A DNA stretch of 64,000 nucleotides from Felis catus (taxonomy: Eukaryota). A model generated the notes under the pieces. That model worked only from the letters and a program-made list of their open reading frames with translations, did no database searches and was not told the DNA's origin. Below are positions 63,026 through 64,000 of the stretch, in pieces. Numbering within the stretch: the first letter of the stretch is position 1; the number at the start of each line of letters is the position of its first letter. The stretch spans positions 209,996,001 to 210,060,000 of the forward strand of contig NC_058368.1 in NCBI RefSeq assembly GCF_018350175.1, given 5' to 3'. The position numbers and the translations under genes are program-made.

Positions 63026-64000
63026 AATGAATTTCCCACAGTCAAGTCTCTTCTAAGTTCCTATATTACTTTGATGGCTATTCTCTTATACTAGTTCTTA
63101 CAGTCTAAATTATGCTCTATACTATTTTGGGATTTGCCTTGGTTCCTTAACCAGAGTATAAGCTTCCTGATTGGGAATGGGGTCTTTTCATTTTGCATTA
63201 CCCCCAAAGCCTGGCACACAGTCATTAGTGCTCTTACCTAGGGAGAATACCTCTGAAATTCTGGACAATGTTCTCTGTCTTTCCCCCACTCCTGTCTCCC
63301 TTTTCTTTACTAATATCAAACTTTACTGCTAAAAATTAATTTGTTAAGATTTAGCCTTTAAATTTCAAAAGCAAAATGAATCTAATAAACACCACTTAGT
63401 AAAATCCCTTAATAAGGGTCAGCTTTACTTTCTGAACATAATCCTCACAGTTTCTTCTCAGGAGAAACAAAGCCCATGTTCCCACCCCCTCTGTAATGGC
63501 GTGGTCAATATCAGCGTGACGTGGATGTGGTGGCAGAAGGCGCAGTGGACTCTGTCTCCACCTGCTTTTGCTTCCCTCGTGTGACCACATCATACAGTAA
63601 TGACAATCTGCTGCTTCACCTTCTCCTTCCTCTGGGCCTCCTTGATGCCACCTCCCATCATAAAACACTGTGGCTTGAGGGCAAAATCAAAGGAAGTAGA
63701 AAAGAGCCATTTAGGAAAAGAAGCAGACAAAAATACAATCCTCCCGCTCTCTCTTTTATTACACGGGGAATTACAAAAATGTGCTTCACTGGCCATTTCT
63801 CGTTTTTGAGTGCTAAACTTCATCAGCTTTTAGCCCAACTCGTGATCCCAGTAACTGATGTCTATTAAAATTCGGGCTTGTGTAAATCTAAGGAAGAAAT
63901 TCCTGAGCTTGAGATCCCCACACAGATAGCATGAATAAGCCCTCAGTCAGCGCCTGGGGCCTTGAATAAAGGAGAGAAGCCCCGCCCCCAGACTCTGACT

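Noticed and set aside
63396..63868. Overlapping ORFs near the right end
   Set aside because: No recognisable homology; frames on both strands fit chance.
1..64000. CRISPR array, operon, numt or non-retroviral endogenous viral element
   Set aside because: Mammalian repeat-rich DNA; no regularly spaced repeats, mitochondrial sequence or viral ORFs recognised by eye.

Overview
Mammalian genomic DNA from a felid: young SINEs at 19438 and 52851 match the cat-family SINEC_Fc pattern as I recall it, and the L1s are carnivore-type. The window is intronic or intergenic and dominated by transposable elements. I recognised no host protein-coding exon, RNA gene, numt or non-retroviral viral insertion. 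The main feature is a full-length minus-strand LINE-1 (about 3779-9723) with a 17-bp target-site duplication (TSD), inserted into a MER3 element. Its ORF1 is intact. Its 1274-codon ORF2 has two nonsense codons and a catalytic Asp-to-Tyr change, all in the endonuclease (EN) domain, while the rest of the frame is open. Also present: a twin-primed (5'-inverted) L1; a nested MER33>L1(+)>L1(-) structure that forms a long inverted repeat; three more 5'-truncated young L1s; about 20 SINEC copies; ERVL/MaLR LTRs with an integrase remnant; hAT-Charlie remnants; L2, MIR and microsatellites. Repeat family names come from my recall of consensus sequences, not from a database search. I found no convincing novel biological system. 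The best leads are the EN-restricted L1 lesions, the nested inverted L1 pair, a repeated insertion site in the L1 3'UTR, and an unexplained inverted-repeat cluster at 20269-20487.
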